Shown here: piece by piece, positions 23,051 through 33,993 of the stretch
Layout: each line of letters begins with the position of its first letter
Position numbering within the stretch: the stretch's first letter is position 1
From: Octopus sinensis
Lineage: Eukaryota
Assembly: GCF_006345805.1 (NCBI RefSeq)
Contig: NC_043020.1
Span: forward strand, 20,026,001-20,090,000
DNA length: 64,000 nt
Direction: 5' to 3'
Made by a program: the position numbers and the translations under genes
Notes under the pieces: model-generated
What the model was told of the DNA's origin: nothing
Databases searched by the model: none
Seen by the model: only the letters and a program-made list of their open reading frames with translations

Positions 23051-24256
23051 TTATTCTTTGATGCACACTTATCGTCCTCTGCATTCAAGGTTCATAAGGA
23101 CACACATTTTGACGCACATACTGCTAATAATTCAATTCGATCATTCTCATACAAGCAGCTAATGTTACACAAAAACATACACAAATATTCAGTGCGGACA
23201 CATGTTTACCAGAAAGACGTTTTAACTGATCATATCTCTCTTAACATTCTCTCTGGAGTGGGCCTAACTGGAAGACGATTGCACATAATGTTGCACAGCG
23301 TGCACCAAATTTCTATTTTCTTATTCAGACATACCGACAGCATCAATATGGCTGGTTCCAACGAAGACGCATGTCGTGTTCTAACTGCCAATCACAGCAG
23401 TTGAAGGCGGTTCTTTGTTCTGGATCGAAAAAGAACTGGAAGTCTTTGTCAGAGACAAGTCAGCCATAGCACGACAATCCCTAAGTTTCAATAAGAGCAA
23501 CCAAGGTGATGGAGTTGTTTACCATCAGCTGTATGGTGCAGGTACAAGTCCTACATAATGAAGAGAGGACTGCTTGTGTACGGTAATACCCAGGTCTCAT
23601 AATTCTTCTGATCTGAAACCCACCTTGTCTGCTATGTCTATGGCATCGCGGGAGAGAAGCAAGCGGCAATCATACGGTTTCAAGGACACATTGGGATCTA
23701 CCGTTGCGAGCGGCTTAGTAAAGGAGCACCTACTCCTTTCAGTCACTTTTGTAAATGTCATTGGGGTTTGATGCGGGTTTTGTTAAATGGCCACTTTTAT
23801 TGATGTATTTACTTTGAACGTCGATTTTATAGGAATTTGTAGATTGTTTTTTTGTTGTTTTTTTTTTATGTCTCGTTTTTACTTGTGTTTCGGTTTTACC
23901 CCCAATGTAAATAGATCTGACAAGGGAGTATCATGAACATGTTGAAAAAAAGATATCGTAAAATTATTTCGTTCACAAAACACCGGTTTTGCAGACTTCC
24001 TCGATTATTAATATCGCCTACGACCGGCTTCTAAGATATTCCACACGCAAACTATGGATCAGTTGGAGACAATGGAAGAAAACCGGTGCCCAGGGTGACA
24101 TAGATTGAATCCAGAGTAGATGCTTGAGTAGCGAACTTCTTAATCACACGGCCATGTCTGAACGTGTTTTTAAGAGTGAGGTGTGTGCACGCGCGGTCAC
24201 ACACAATCATATTCATATACATGCATATATACATACCCACACACAGAAAAACATTC

Positions 24257-24411
24257 ATATACATACATACATGCATACATAAATACTCACATACATACAT
24301 GCATACATACATACATGCATACATGCATGCATGCATGCATACATGCATACATACATACATACATACATACATACATACATACATACATACATACATACAT
24401 ACATACATACA
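24257..24411. repeat. (CATA)n microsatellite; many other (TA)n, (TG)n and (GA)n arrays at e.g. 24.9, 29.1, 31.9, 33.9, 41.95, 53.2, 60.1 and 63.0 kb
   Basis: Seen directly. Confidence 0.97.
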
Positions 24412-24745
24412 TTGATGTTGAAATTCCAATGAAGGAGCCTTGGATCTAGGTTAGAAACCAGTTCTTTCTCTATTGGCAAGAAATCTTGAAATAAACTGAA
24501 TAACATACAGCATGACTACACAAGTGCCCACCCGCCCACCCGCCTGACTTTGTTCCTTCTTAACTTTCAGAAAAATGGGTATTTTTTAATGAAATTTTCA
24601 ACAAGCTCCTTTCAGATGGTATAAATTCCGATTATATCGAAATTTAAGGTGAAAAAAATTGTGGGCGTGCACACACATACATACTGCCACGCATTACATA
24701 TATAACTATAAAATTTCAAGATTAATTTTGTAGATAAGGTATATA

Positions 24746-24788
<43 letters not shown>

Positions 24789-24934
24789 TAAGCAATAAAG
24801 GTAAGGCAATTCGTTGCTAAACCCTTTATTGCTTAGTATTACTTAAATTTTCCTCGAATGAGGCTTTTACATGCCGAAGACTACTTGGTGTAATTGATAA
24901 TTATTCCAATTAATTAATTTCACCCTTCATTATT

Positions 24935-25019
<85 letters not shown>

Positions 25020-25773
25020 CACACACACACACACACACATATTTCGCTTTAGGGAGTGCGGGTTTGAGATTTTTTTTTTAAATCCTGAAACCGGGAACAT
25101 GCAAAAGTAGTCTTGGTTATCCGAATAAAGTGAAACAAATAAATGCTTTATGATATGAAACGTCATTATGATAGATTTTTGTTTTTATCTCCCAGCAGTG
25201 TTATTATCGCTGATAATAGGACATTTCTTATTTTAATAATTGATACATGTACAAGTAATTGCACATCGCCCTGAAGCGAAATATAGCGTAAAAACACAAC
25301 AGTTGAAATCTATTATACAACAAAAGTGAGGATATGTTATTTTGTCGATGTTTAGCTCTATATCCACCATCATTTTGGCTACTATTTCTAATAGGTCGAG
25401 GCTCCGTCGTTGGTTTATGTTTGTGCGTGTTTTCTTTAACCGAATCGATGAAAATAGAAATGATGTCAGGTTACCAACGATGATGTCATTATTTTCATCA
25501 TCGTCTTGGGCTGGAGGATTGGCAGAAGCGTTAGAGCGTCAGGCAAAATGCCTCGGGATATTTCTTCCGGCTTTTCACGTTCTGAGTTCAAATCCTTTGG
25601 GGGTCAACTTTGTCTTTCATCCTTTTGGGTTTGATAGAATAAAATGTTAGTACTGTGGTCGATAGTTTCAACTAAAATCCCTCTCCAAAATTTGGCCTTG
25701 TGCCTAAATTAGAAACGATTATCTTCGTCATCATCGCTATTACGCTAATAGATGAAGCAACAACAGTGGCCAG

Positions 25774-25785
25774 CGGAAGTGACGT
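25774..25785 (+). promoter_or_regulatory. ETS-CRE overlapping motif, candidate SUFU promoter
   Basis: CGGAAGTGACGT, about 160 bp upstream of the SUFU ATG. Confidence 0.55.
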
Positions 25786-25934
25786 GCAGAGAAGGTGTTG
25801 TGTGTATTAAGCTTCAGCAAGCTTACGTTCCATCTCTATTTATCCTCCTTTATAAAGAGAGATCGAACCTCAGAAAGACAACAGAATATACGTATATATA
25901 TACATATTATATATGTATGTTTATAGTAGGAGAG

Positions 25935-26104
25935 ATGGAGCAAAGAACTAACACAGCTGAAATGGATACTGAGAAAGATAATGTGGATAACAGATATGTC
26001 TTAGATCCACATTATGATGGACTGTTGGCAATTGATACGGCGTGTAGCCAGCTTTACCCAGACCAGCCATCTCCTTTGCAAGCTGCTGCCTTGCAGAAGT
26101 TTTG
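25935..26104 (+). CDS. SUFU: Suppressor of fused, first coding exon (MEQRTN...GLLAIDTACSQLYPDQPSPLQAAALQKFW)
   Basis: Matches human SUFU GLHAIYGECRRLYPDQPNPLQVTAIVKYW. Donor GTAAGC at 26105, phase 2. An alternative ATG is at 25962. Confidence 0.92.
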
Positions 26105-26914
26105 GTAAGCTGAGCACACACATACATGCATATATAGCACTTCCCCTAGTCATAGGACACTAATTTCCACATCCTCTAACCGTTATCATCCTCCATCCTA
26201 ATATTTATAGTTAATTGTATATAAAATTATTTAGTAAAGCATTAGACCCCCAGAAAATTAGTGATGTTTTGTGTAGGAAAAGAAACATTTGTAATTAGAT
26301 TAGATTATATAGATATTTAATTCATAATCATTACTATAACAAAATATATTTTGTTTCGCCTATTGCTCTGTCTAACTTAACCATCACCCTATGCCCACCT
26401 GTGTGCAGAATTAAAGCTGAAGGCTTCCAGTAGCATCCTCTACCGGTTCTCATTAACTCTTTCTCTGTCGTCACTCGACTCGTGAAGAGAGTGAAATGGT
26501 GAAGGTGTTGGTGTTGATACTGGTATCTTGGTTTGCTGAACAACCTGCATGATGAATATTATTACAGTAGACATGGTTTGTGCAGAGTCAATTCCACTCT
26601 CATTCGTCTGGTGTCACTAGTAGTTCATTTGTTATCCGGATGCAAGAATTGCATAGAGTTATCCTCTCTTAGATGAGCAGCTATGTTGAAGGGCTTCATT
26701 AGGGAACTGTGAGTGATCTTCTGAAAGCAATTCTGTGACATTTTAATTAACTCATAACTGGAACCTTGACAGGGTGCTACTTCTTCAGGTTAGATCAGAC
26801 CTGGGAGCAATAGTGGCTAAGAGGTGATTCCACACCCCTTAAAACACTGGCACTCCCAAATTAGGGTCTCGCTACCAGATGCAGTCATATGTAGCTTATA
26901 AAATTTTTTTTATA

Positions 26915-28188
26915 CAAGGGTTGGCTGAAAAGTTCATAGGCTAACCAAGATACTCTCATGGAATGTGAACAAATAAAGTTTGTTTTGCAACATAGTCCAC
27001 ACGCTTCTTCCATTGGTGTTGCAATGCTTGGATCCCACTTGTCAAGAAGCCTTCATCCTGTTGATCAAAAAAGTCATCAGCAGCAGATATGACATTGTCA
27101 TCACTGCAATACTGCTTCCCAGCCAAGAGTTTTTAGGTTGGGGAACAGAAGATAAGCAGATGGGGTCGAATCAAGAGAATAGGGAGGGTGCTCAACCAGT
27201 TCAAAGCCACAGCTATGCACAGCAGTCATTGAAACCAAATACTTGTGTGCTGGAGCATTGTCGTGATGAAACAACAACCCTTTTGTCAGTTTTCCTGGGT
27301 GTTTGGTTTTGATAGACTTTCATAACTGCCTCAGCAAGTTGGCATAGTACTCTCCATTGGTAGTGTGGCCCTTTTGAAGATAGTCAATAAACTCAATGCC
27401 TATTCAAAAATACTGAGGCCATCAGCTTATCTGCAGATTAAATGACCTTAGCCTTCTTTGGATCAGGTGAGGAGGGATATTTCCACAGCATGGATTGTCT
27501 CTTTGTCTCTGATACAAAGTGATGAAGCCAAAACTCATCCTGGTTTAGGAAACGTTCAAAGAAACCAGCTGGGTCTGCCTCAAACAAGGTGAGATTTTCC
27601 CGATCATGTAATGAGCCTGGTGCACTTTTGATTAGGTGTCAGAAGATGTGGTGCCCACCAAACAGAATCCTTCTCCATGCCAAGTTCATTGTGCAGTATA
27701 TTCTCAAATCTCTCACAGGATATACCAATAGCTTTACCTATTTAATTTATAGTCATTCACCTGTTGTCCATCAGCATGTGGTGAACATGATCAATGTTTT
27801 CCTCAGTGATGGCAGCTGCAAGACATCTAGACTTTGGGTTATCTTCAAGACTCTCCCTTTCCCTTATGAAATCAGCTGCCCACTTTTGTACTGTTGATAA
27901 AGCTGGAGCATCATCCCCTAGTATAGCAACCATGTCAGCATGAAAGTCATTGGGGGCTAAACCCTTTTCTGAAGATACTTGATAACATCATGATAACGAA
28001 TTTTGTCAATTTTCAAGAGAAGTCACTACTAGTTACTTTGAAATGTTCTTTGAACAGTCAGATGTCAATTTACCTGAAAAGAAACAGTGCAGTTATTAAT
28101 AAGAGGAGTAGAAATTAATGCATACAAGATTTCACAGCTCTAGAATCACTCTTTCATAGTCAGCTTATGAACTTTTTAGCCCAACTCA
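26915..28188 (-). mobile_element. Full-length but decayed mariner element
   Basis: TIRs TA|CAAGGGTTGGCTGAAAAGTTCATAGGCT and AGCTTATGAACTTTTTAGCCCAACTC, about 1.27 kb apart. Transposase remnants on the - strand (HDNAP-like near 27255). Confidence 0.8.
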
Positions 28189-29047
28189 CAGGGTGTTCGG
28201 GCTAAATTTGATGAAATTTTGTCTCCTTTTTTCAATAACAGATTGATATATTGGTACACAGTCAATGGCATTGGAGAACATAAAGACTGAAGTTGTAGTT
28301 TAGAAAAAGTTGGCTGACATGGAGGACAGAAAATCATCTAAATATTGGAAAAGAGTTACCTGTATCAATGATTCCTGCCTAGTATTAAAATATTGACATC
28401 ACGACTGCTGCATGGACAGCTGCAATGGAGACTATGAAGCTGTGACTGGCAGTGAGGGACACAGCAAGCACTCTGACTGCATCCGTAATGCTGGAATCCA
28501 CCCCCACATAATTGAACTGGGCCTTATGCTCAATTCAGGCACTTTGTGATGCTGCTGGAGACTAGTTCAACCCTGGTTGAAGAAGGTTGCTGCTGGATAG
28601 CATGTGTGACAACAAGATTTGATTCCTTGCCATATTTCTGTAAAGAGTCAGAAGTGGTTGTCAGAGAATTTCTACAACTTCGCCAGCCCCAATTTCTGTC
28701 CTCCTAATTCCCCCGACTATAAACCAATGGATTACTATGTGTGGGGCATGGCTGGAAAAGACACCAACCACTCTGCCTGCAACACCAAAGGCAAACTGGT
28801 CGTGAATATCAAGGAGGTGTTTGATAATCTTCCCTGGAAGACAGTGAGGAATGCATGTGCCAGCTTCCAGAGCTGTCTTGAGACCATGATGAAAGCTGTG
28901 GGCAACTACTCTGACTAAACTCTTATCTCCCTGCCAAAATCTACTTGAGATGTTTTTTGATTTTTTTAAAATATTTTTATTTCTGCATGAGATATTGTGT
29001 TTTCTTTTCTTTACATCCAAATTGTCAAATTTAGCCCAAACACTTTG
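28189..29047 (+). mobile_element. Internally deleted Tc1/mariner-superfamily element (possibly DD37D/maT type)
   Basis: TIRs CAGGGTGTTCGGGCTAAATTTGA and TCAAATTTAGCCCAAACACTTTG|TA. Peptide PPNSPDYKPMDYYVWG. Confidence 0.8.
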
Positions 29048-29141
29048 TATATATAATGTATATGTAGTATACACACCACACACACACATATATATATAAT
29101 AGCATACATATATATATAGTGTATATGTGTGCATATAAACA

Positions 29142-29175
<34 letters not shown>

Positions 29176-29196
29176 TATATATATATATATATATAT

Positions 29197-29278
<82 letters not shown>

Positions 29279-29414
29279 GGGGTTTTAGTTCAATTGTGAT
29301 CTAAACAAATAGGTACGCTGAGTAAATGCTATGGTTGGTCGACCATTAGGTTCCAAGATCACAGCTAAGGCTGGATCTAGGGATCCATATTAGGGTTCCA
29401 TAATAGCAGATATA

Positions 29415-29856
29415 TATTATATTACAGGAAAAAATCAAGATCAAGGCAGAATGAGTATCTCAAATCATTTAGAATAATTTAATTAGGGTAAGGTGAATTT
29501 GAAGTCTTACAGCCATTTCTGGGATAACCGAAGTGTAGGTTAGTATGTCCACACATATCTATATCCTCTGGAAAAAGATGAATTATGAACATTATTCTCT
29601 TGCCTATATTCTTCTACCTACCTTTACTCTTTATTCTTCTATTTTATTCCTTATAAACTGTGAATTTTATTTCTTGTAAACTGTAAATTTTCCCTGTCTA
29701 AAATATTCATACCTTGTCTCTGATGATGGAATACTCAGTGCGTGGACATACTAACATACTGCTTGGCTTATTCCAGAAATGGCTGTAAAACTTCAAATTC
29801 ACATTACCTAAATTAAACTACTCTAAATGACATGAGATACTTGTTCCTGTAATATA
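29415..29856. mobile_element. Second Penelope-type terminal repeat in inverted arrangement
   Basis: ~29455-29560 is the reverse complement of ~29740-29840 and the unit contains a hammerhead core. Confidence 0.65.
29716..29791 (+). ncRNA. Hammerhead-like motif, family 2
   Basis: GTCT-CTGATGA-TGGAATA-(loop)-TATTCCA-GAAA-TGGCT-GTA-AAAC. The inverted arm reads GTA-AGAC, which restores stem I. Confidence 0.55.
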
Positions 29857-29861
29857 ACATA

Positions 29862-29899
<38 letters not shown>

Positions 29900-29931
<32 letters not shown>

Positions 29932-31821
29932 TTTAACAACCGTTTTCCATGCTGGCATGGGTTAGATGGTTTGACTGAGGTCTGGAGAGCCAGCAGCTGC
30001 ACCAGGCTCCAATCTGATCTGGCAATGTTTCTACAGCTGGATGCCCTTCCTAAAACCAACAAGCCCGAGGGTGTAGTGGGTGCTTTTTACATTCCACTGG
30101 CACAGGAGGCAGTCCTGGCATTTATCATGTTCTGATAGTGCTTTTTACGAGCCACCAGCATGGGAACCAATTAGGGGTTACTGGATGGTGCTTTTTACGT
30201 GCCACCAACATGGGAGCTACTCAGCCAGACCTGGCAGCGACCACGTTCAGATGATGCTTTTTATGTGCTACCGGAATGGGAGCCAGTGAGAGGGCATTGG
30301 CCACAGCCATGATTTTGGTTTTACTTGATACAACAGGTCTTCTCAAGTATATTATATCGCCTGACACATCAAGGGTACTCTTAAATGGGCTGGACATGCA
30401 ACACTAGTATTGGCCATGGCTGCGATCTCACTTTAGTTGCTGGGTCTTCTCAATCACAGCATCTCTCCAAAGGTCCCAGTCTCCTGTCATTGCCTCTGTG
30501 AGTCTCAATGTTCGAAGATCATGCTTCACCACCTCATCCCATATCTTCCTGGGTCTACCTCTTCTACAGGTTCCTTCCACAGTTAGGGTGTGACACTTCC
30601 TCACACAGTTGTCCTCATCAATACATAACACGACCATATCAGTGCAGTTATCTCTCTTGCACACAACATTTGAAGCTTCTTATGTTCAACTTTTCTCTCA
30701 GGGCACTTGCACTCTGTCATGTATGCACACTGACACTGCACATCCAGTGAAGCATACTAGCTTCATTTCTTTCAAGCCTATCCATGTCCTCAACAGTCAC
30801 AGCCCATGTTACACTGCTGTGTAGCATAGCTGTTCACACACAGGCATCATACAGTCTACATTTCACTCTGAACAAGGAGGCCCTTTGTTACCAGCAGATG
30901 TAAGAGCTCTCTAAACTTTGCCCATGCTATTCTTATTCTAGCAGCTACGCTCTCAGAGTGTCCACCCCAACTACTGACTTGATCACCTAGGTAATGGAAG
31001 CTATCAACAATTTCTAGTTTTTCCCCCTGGCATGTGATGGAATCTGTTTTCTGCACATTTTCAGTGTTTATTGCACCTGTGCATCTTCCACAGAAAAAAA
31101 CTATCTTCCCGGTTAACCTTCCTTTGAGCACTTACACCAGGTACATCTTATAGAGTTTTTACCTACGCCTTTTCTACAGATTGAGCAGGGCCATCTACCT
31201 GAAGGGATTTGTGACTCGTCTGCCTTCCTACTTAACAAAACTTTAGTTTTTGCTAGGTTAATCCTAAGGCCCTTCGAATCTAGGCCTTGTTTCCACACCT
31301 GAAACTTCTTCTCTAGTTCTGGTAGTGACTCAGCTATTAGAGCAAGGTCATCAGTGTAGAGTAGTTACCAGGGCAACCTGTCTTGAATTCCTCTGTTATT
31401 GCCTGGAGGACTATGATGAACAATAGGGGCTGAAGACTGATACTCGATGAAACCCTACTTCTATCCAGAATTTTTTGCTATACTCATTGCCAACCCTCAC
31501 CTTACAGTCAGCATTCCTGTACATGGGTTGTACAGCTCTCACTAACCTCTCATCTATCCCTAGTTTCCACATTGACCACCAGATAAGGGATTGGGGGCCC
31601 CTGTCAAAGGCTTTCTCCATGTCAACAAAATCCAAGTACAGAGGTTTATCTTTGGCTAGGAATTTTTCCTGCAGCTGTCTTACCAAAAATATAGCATCAG
31701 TGGTGCATCTCCCTGACACAAACCCAAACTGCATCTCATCTAAATTAACTCTCCCCCTAATTAGTTGTGCTATGACCCTCTCCATGACTTTCATCACCTG
31801 ATCCAACAATTTGATACCTCT
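29900..31821 (-). mobile_element. 5'-truncated, decayed RTE LINE with 3' UTR and (GAT)n tail
   Basis: [12 protein letters not shown]...DMEKAFD, WPCSICRKG and GRPRKIW; colinear with 33991-36575. Confidence 0.92.
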
Positions 31822-31838
31822 ATATATGCATATATAAC

Positions 31839-31925
<87 letters not shown>

Positions 31926-31973
31926 ACCCCTCTCTCTCTGTCATATATATATATATATATATACATATATATA

Positions 31974-32020
<47 letters not shown>

Positions 32021-32069
32021 GTAGAAGGTTGACTGCTTATTGTGATCATTCATCTTTTGGTTTCCTCTA

Positions 32070-32488
32070 GCTTTGGTCTCTTTTTACAAACCCAGTGAAC
32101 ATTCATATATTTCTGATTTCAAAGAAATTTGAACAATGGATATAAGACACAAGTTAAAAAAGATTCCCAACAATTCAACTTCCCTGGTTGACTCCCACAT
32201 TTTAGAGCTCCATGTGCTCCATTTTTCAGGAACAAAGACCTTTGAACAGGTTTTATAAGATTTGTATTTGGTTAATCTGGGCATAAAGTTAAGTAGTACT
32301 GGATAAATGTTATGATTAGAAATTTTATTAGGGTGTGTAAAGACAGAGAGAAATCCCATTAAAATTCTTAATCTCCAAATTTGATGAAATTCAAATCATA
32401 GATATTCCTATGCATTAGAGAAAATATAAAAGAAAAGTCTAAGTCTTCAATTCCATGTGACATGTGCAACGCCAGGTATCTCTGCTAG
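32070..32488 (+). mobile_element. Probable non-autonomous Helitron 3' end (left boundary uncertain)
   Basis: Ends ...GTGCAACGCCAGGTATCTCTGCTAG|T, the CTAG-T terminus typical of Helitrons. Confidence 0.45.
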
Positions 32489-32493
32489 TATAA

Positions 32494-32556
<63 letters not shown>

Positions 32557-32588
32557 ATCAAAATAAGCAACAGGATACCAAGAAGTGA

Positions 32589-32675
32589 TGCAATATGACC
32601 GTTTCAAGCGACTCCATTTAATTGAACAATGCAATCATTACATCAATTTAAATGCAGAGCTATCATCAGCTGCAC
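32589..32675 (-). ncRNA. Degenerate hammerhead-like motif, family 3
   Basis: Minus strand GTGCAG-CTGATGA-TAGCTC...GAGTCGCTT-GAAAC-G-GTC-ATATTGCA; stems are imperfect. Confidence 0.35.
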
Positions 32676-33428
32676 AAATAAATAGAATTTTAATCAGTTG
32701 GACATATTAATATAATTTTTCTGAAATACTTTAACAGAGCAAGAAGATGGAAGAAATCCATGTTGTAGCTAAGTTGGATTTGGAGAATCAAACAGAACTT
32801 ATAGTAAATGCTTCAACTGGCTATCTGGAATTGTGATGTAATCTAACGTGCCCATGCATTTGAAAATCCAGGATGTACAACCTAATATTTCTACAAAGAA
32901 TAAAGGCAGCGAGCTGGCAGAATTGTTACTGCACTGAGCAAGATGCTTAGTGGCATTTCATCCATCTTTACATTCTGAGTTCAAATTCCACCAAAGTCAA
33001 CTTTGCTTTTCGCTCTTTCGGAGCTGATAAAATAAATGTCAGTAATTGACTTACCCACTCCCCTGAAATTGCTGGCCTTGTGCCAGAATTTGATATCAAT
33101 ATTTCTACAAGGAGTATATAACAATCAGATGTGAGAGGCAAATGAAGATTCAATATTTCTATGTGGTTGCAGTTTCATAATTTTCTCTATACAACAACAT
33201 CAACTTTCATGCGTATCTTTCTTTTACTTGTTACTATCATTAGACTGCAGCCATGCTGGGGCACCACCTTGAAGAATTTTAGTCAAATTGATGCCAGTAC
33301 TTATATTTTATAAGCTTGGCACTTATTCTGTTGGTCTCTTTTGCCAAATCACTAAATTACAGGGACATAAACACACCAACACTATTACTTAAGTAGTAGT
33401 GTGGGACAAACACACACATACACATATA

Positions 33429-33610
33429 CAAGGGGGTGCTGAAAAGTTCCTGGCTTTGGGTGAAAGGAAATACAGAAGGATCAGTTAATTATGCTTTCAC
33501 TCATATTTCCCTCTCAAATTCACATACTTATTGCAGCAGTTTTTCTAAGCACTGTTAAAGAACTCAGAAGGTTGGACCTCCAACCAGGCCTTTTGTGATA
33601 TCCTTAAAGC
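33429..33610. mobile_element. mariner terminal fragment
   Basis: TA|CAAGGGGGTGCTGAAAAGTTCCTGGCT, a TIR related to the one at 26915. Confidence 0.55.
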
Positions 33611-33741
33611 TTCTTTCAATTTCCATCTACCAAATCCATTCACAAAGCTTTAGTCAGCCTGAGAGTATATTAGAAGACACTTGCTCAAACTGCCATGCAA
33701 TAAGACTGAACCTAGAACCTTGTGGTTCCACAGAGCCATGC

Positions 33742-33780
<39 letters not shown>

Positions 33781-33921
33781 GGGTCTTTACTCTGTGTTTA
33801 CTTGTCCTGTTTTCCATTTGTTTCTCTTGTTATTTATGTATTTAATTCGTTTGTTTACGTATTTTATCTTGTTTGTACAGTTGGTGACATCCTGTACCCT
33901 TATATGCATATATATGTATAC

Positions 33922-33990
<69 letters not shown>

Positions 33991-33993
<3 letters not shown>

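Noticed and set aside
24052-24506. MYVC/HTYI repeat ORFs (also at 31.4-32.0, 41.7-42.1, 53.0-53.5 and 60.0-60.4 kb)
   Set aside because: Stop-free simple repeats with no coding evidence.
25752-25934. N-terminal half of the 118-aa ORF as part of SUFU
   Set aside because: It spans the putative promoter motif and a TA-rich tract and has no SUFU similarity; ATG 25935 is preferred.
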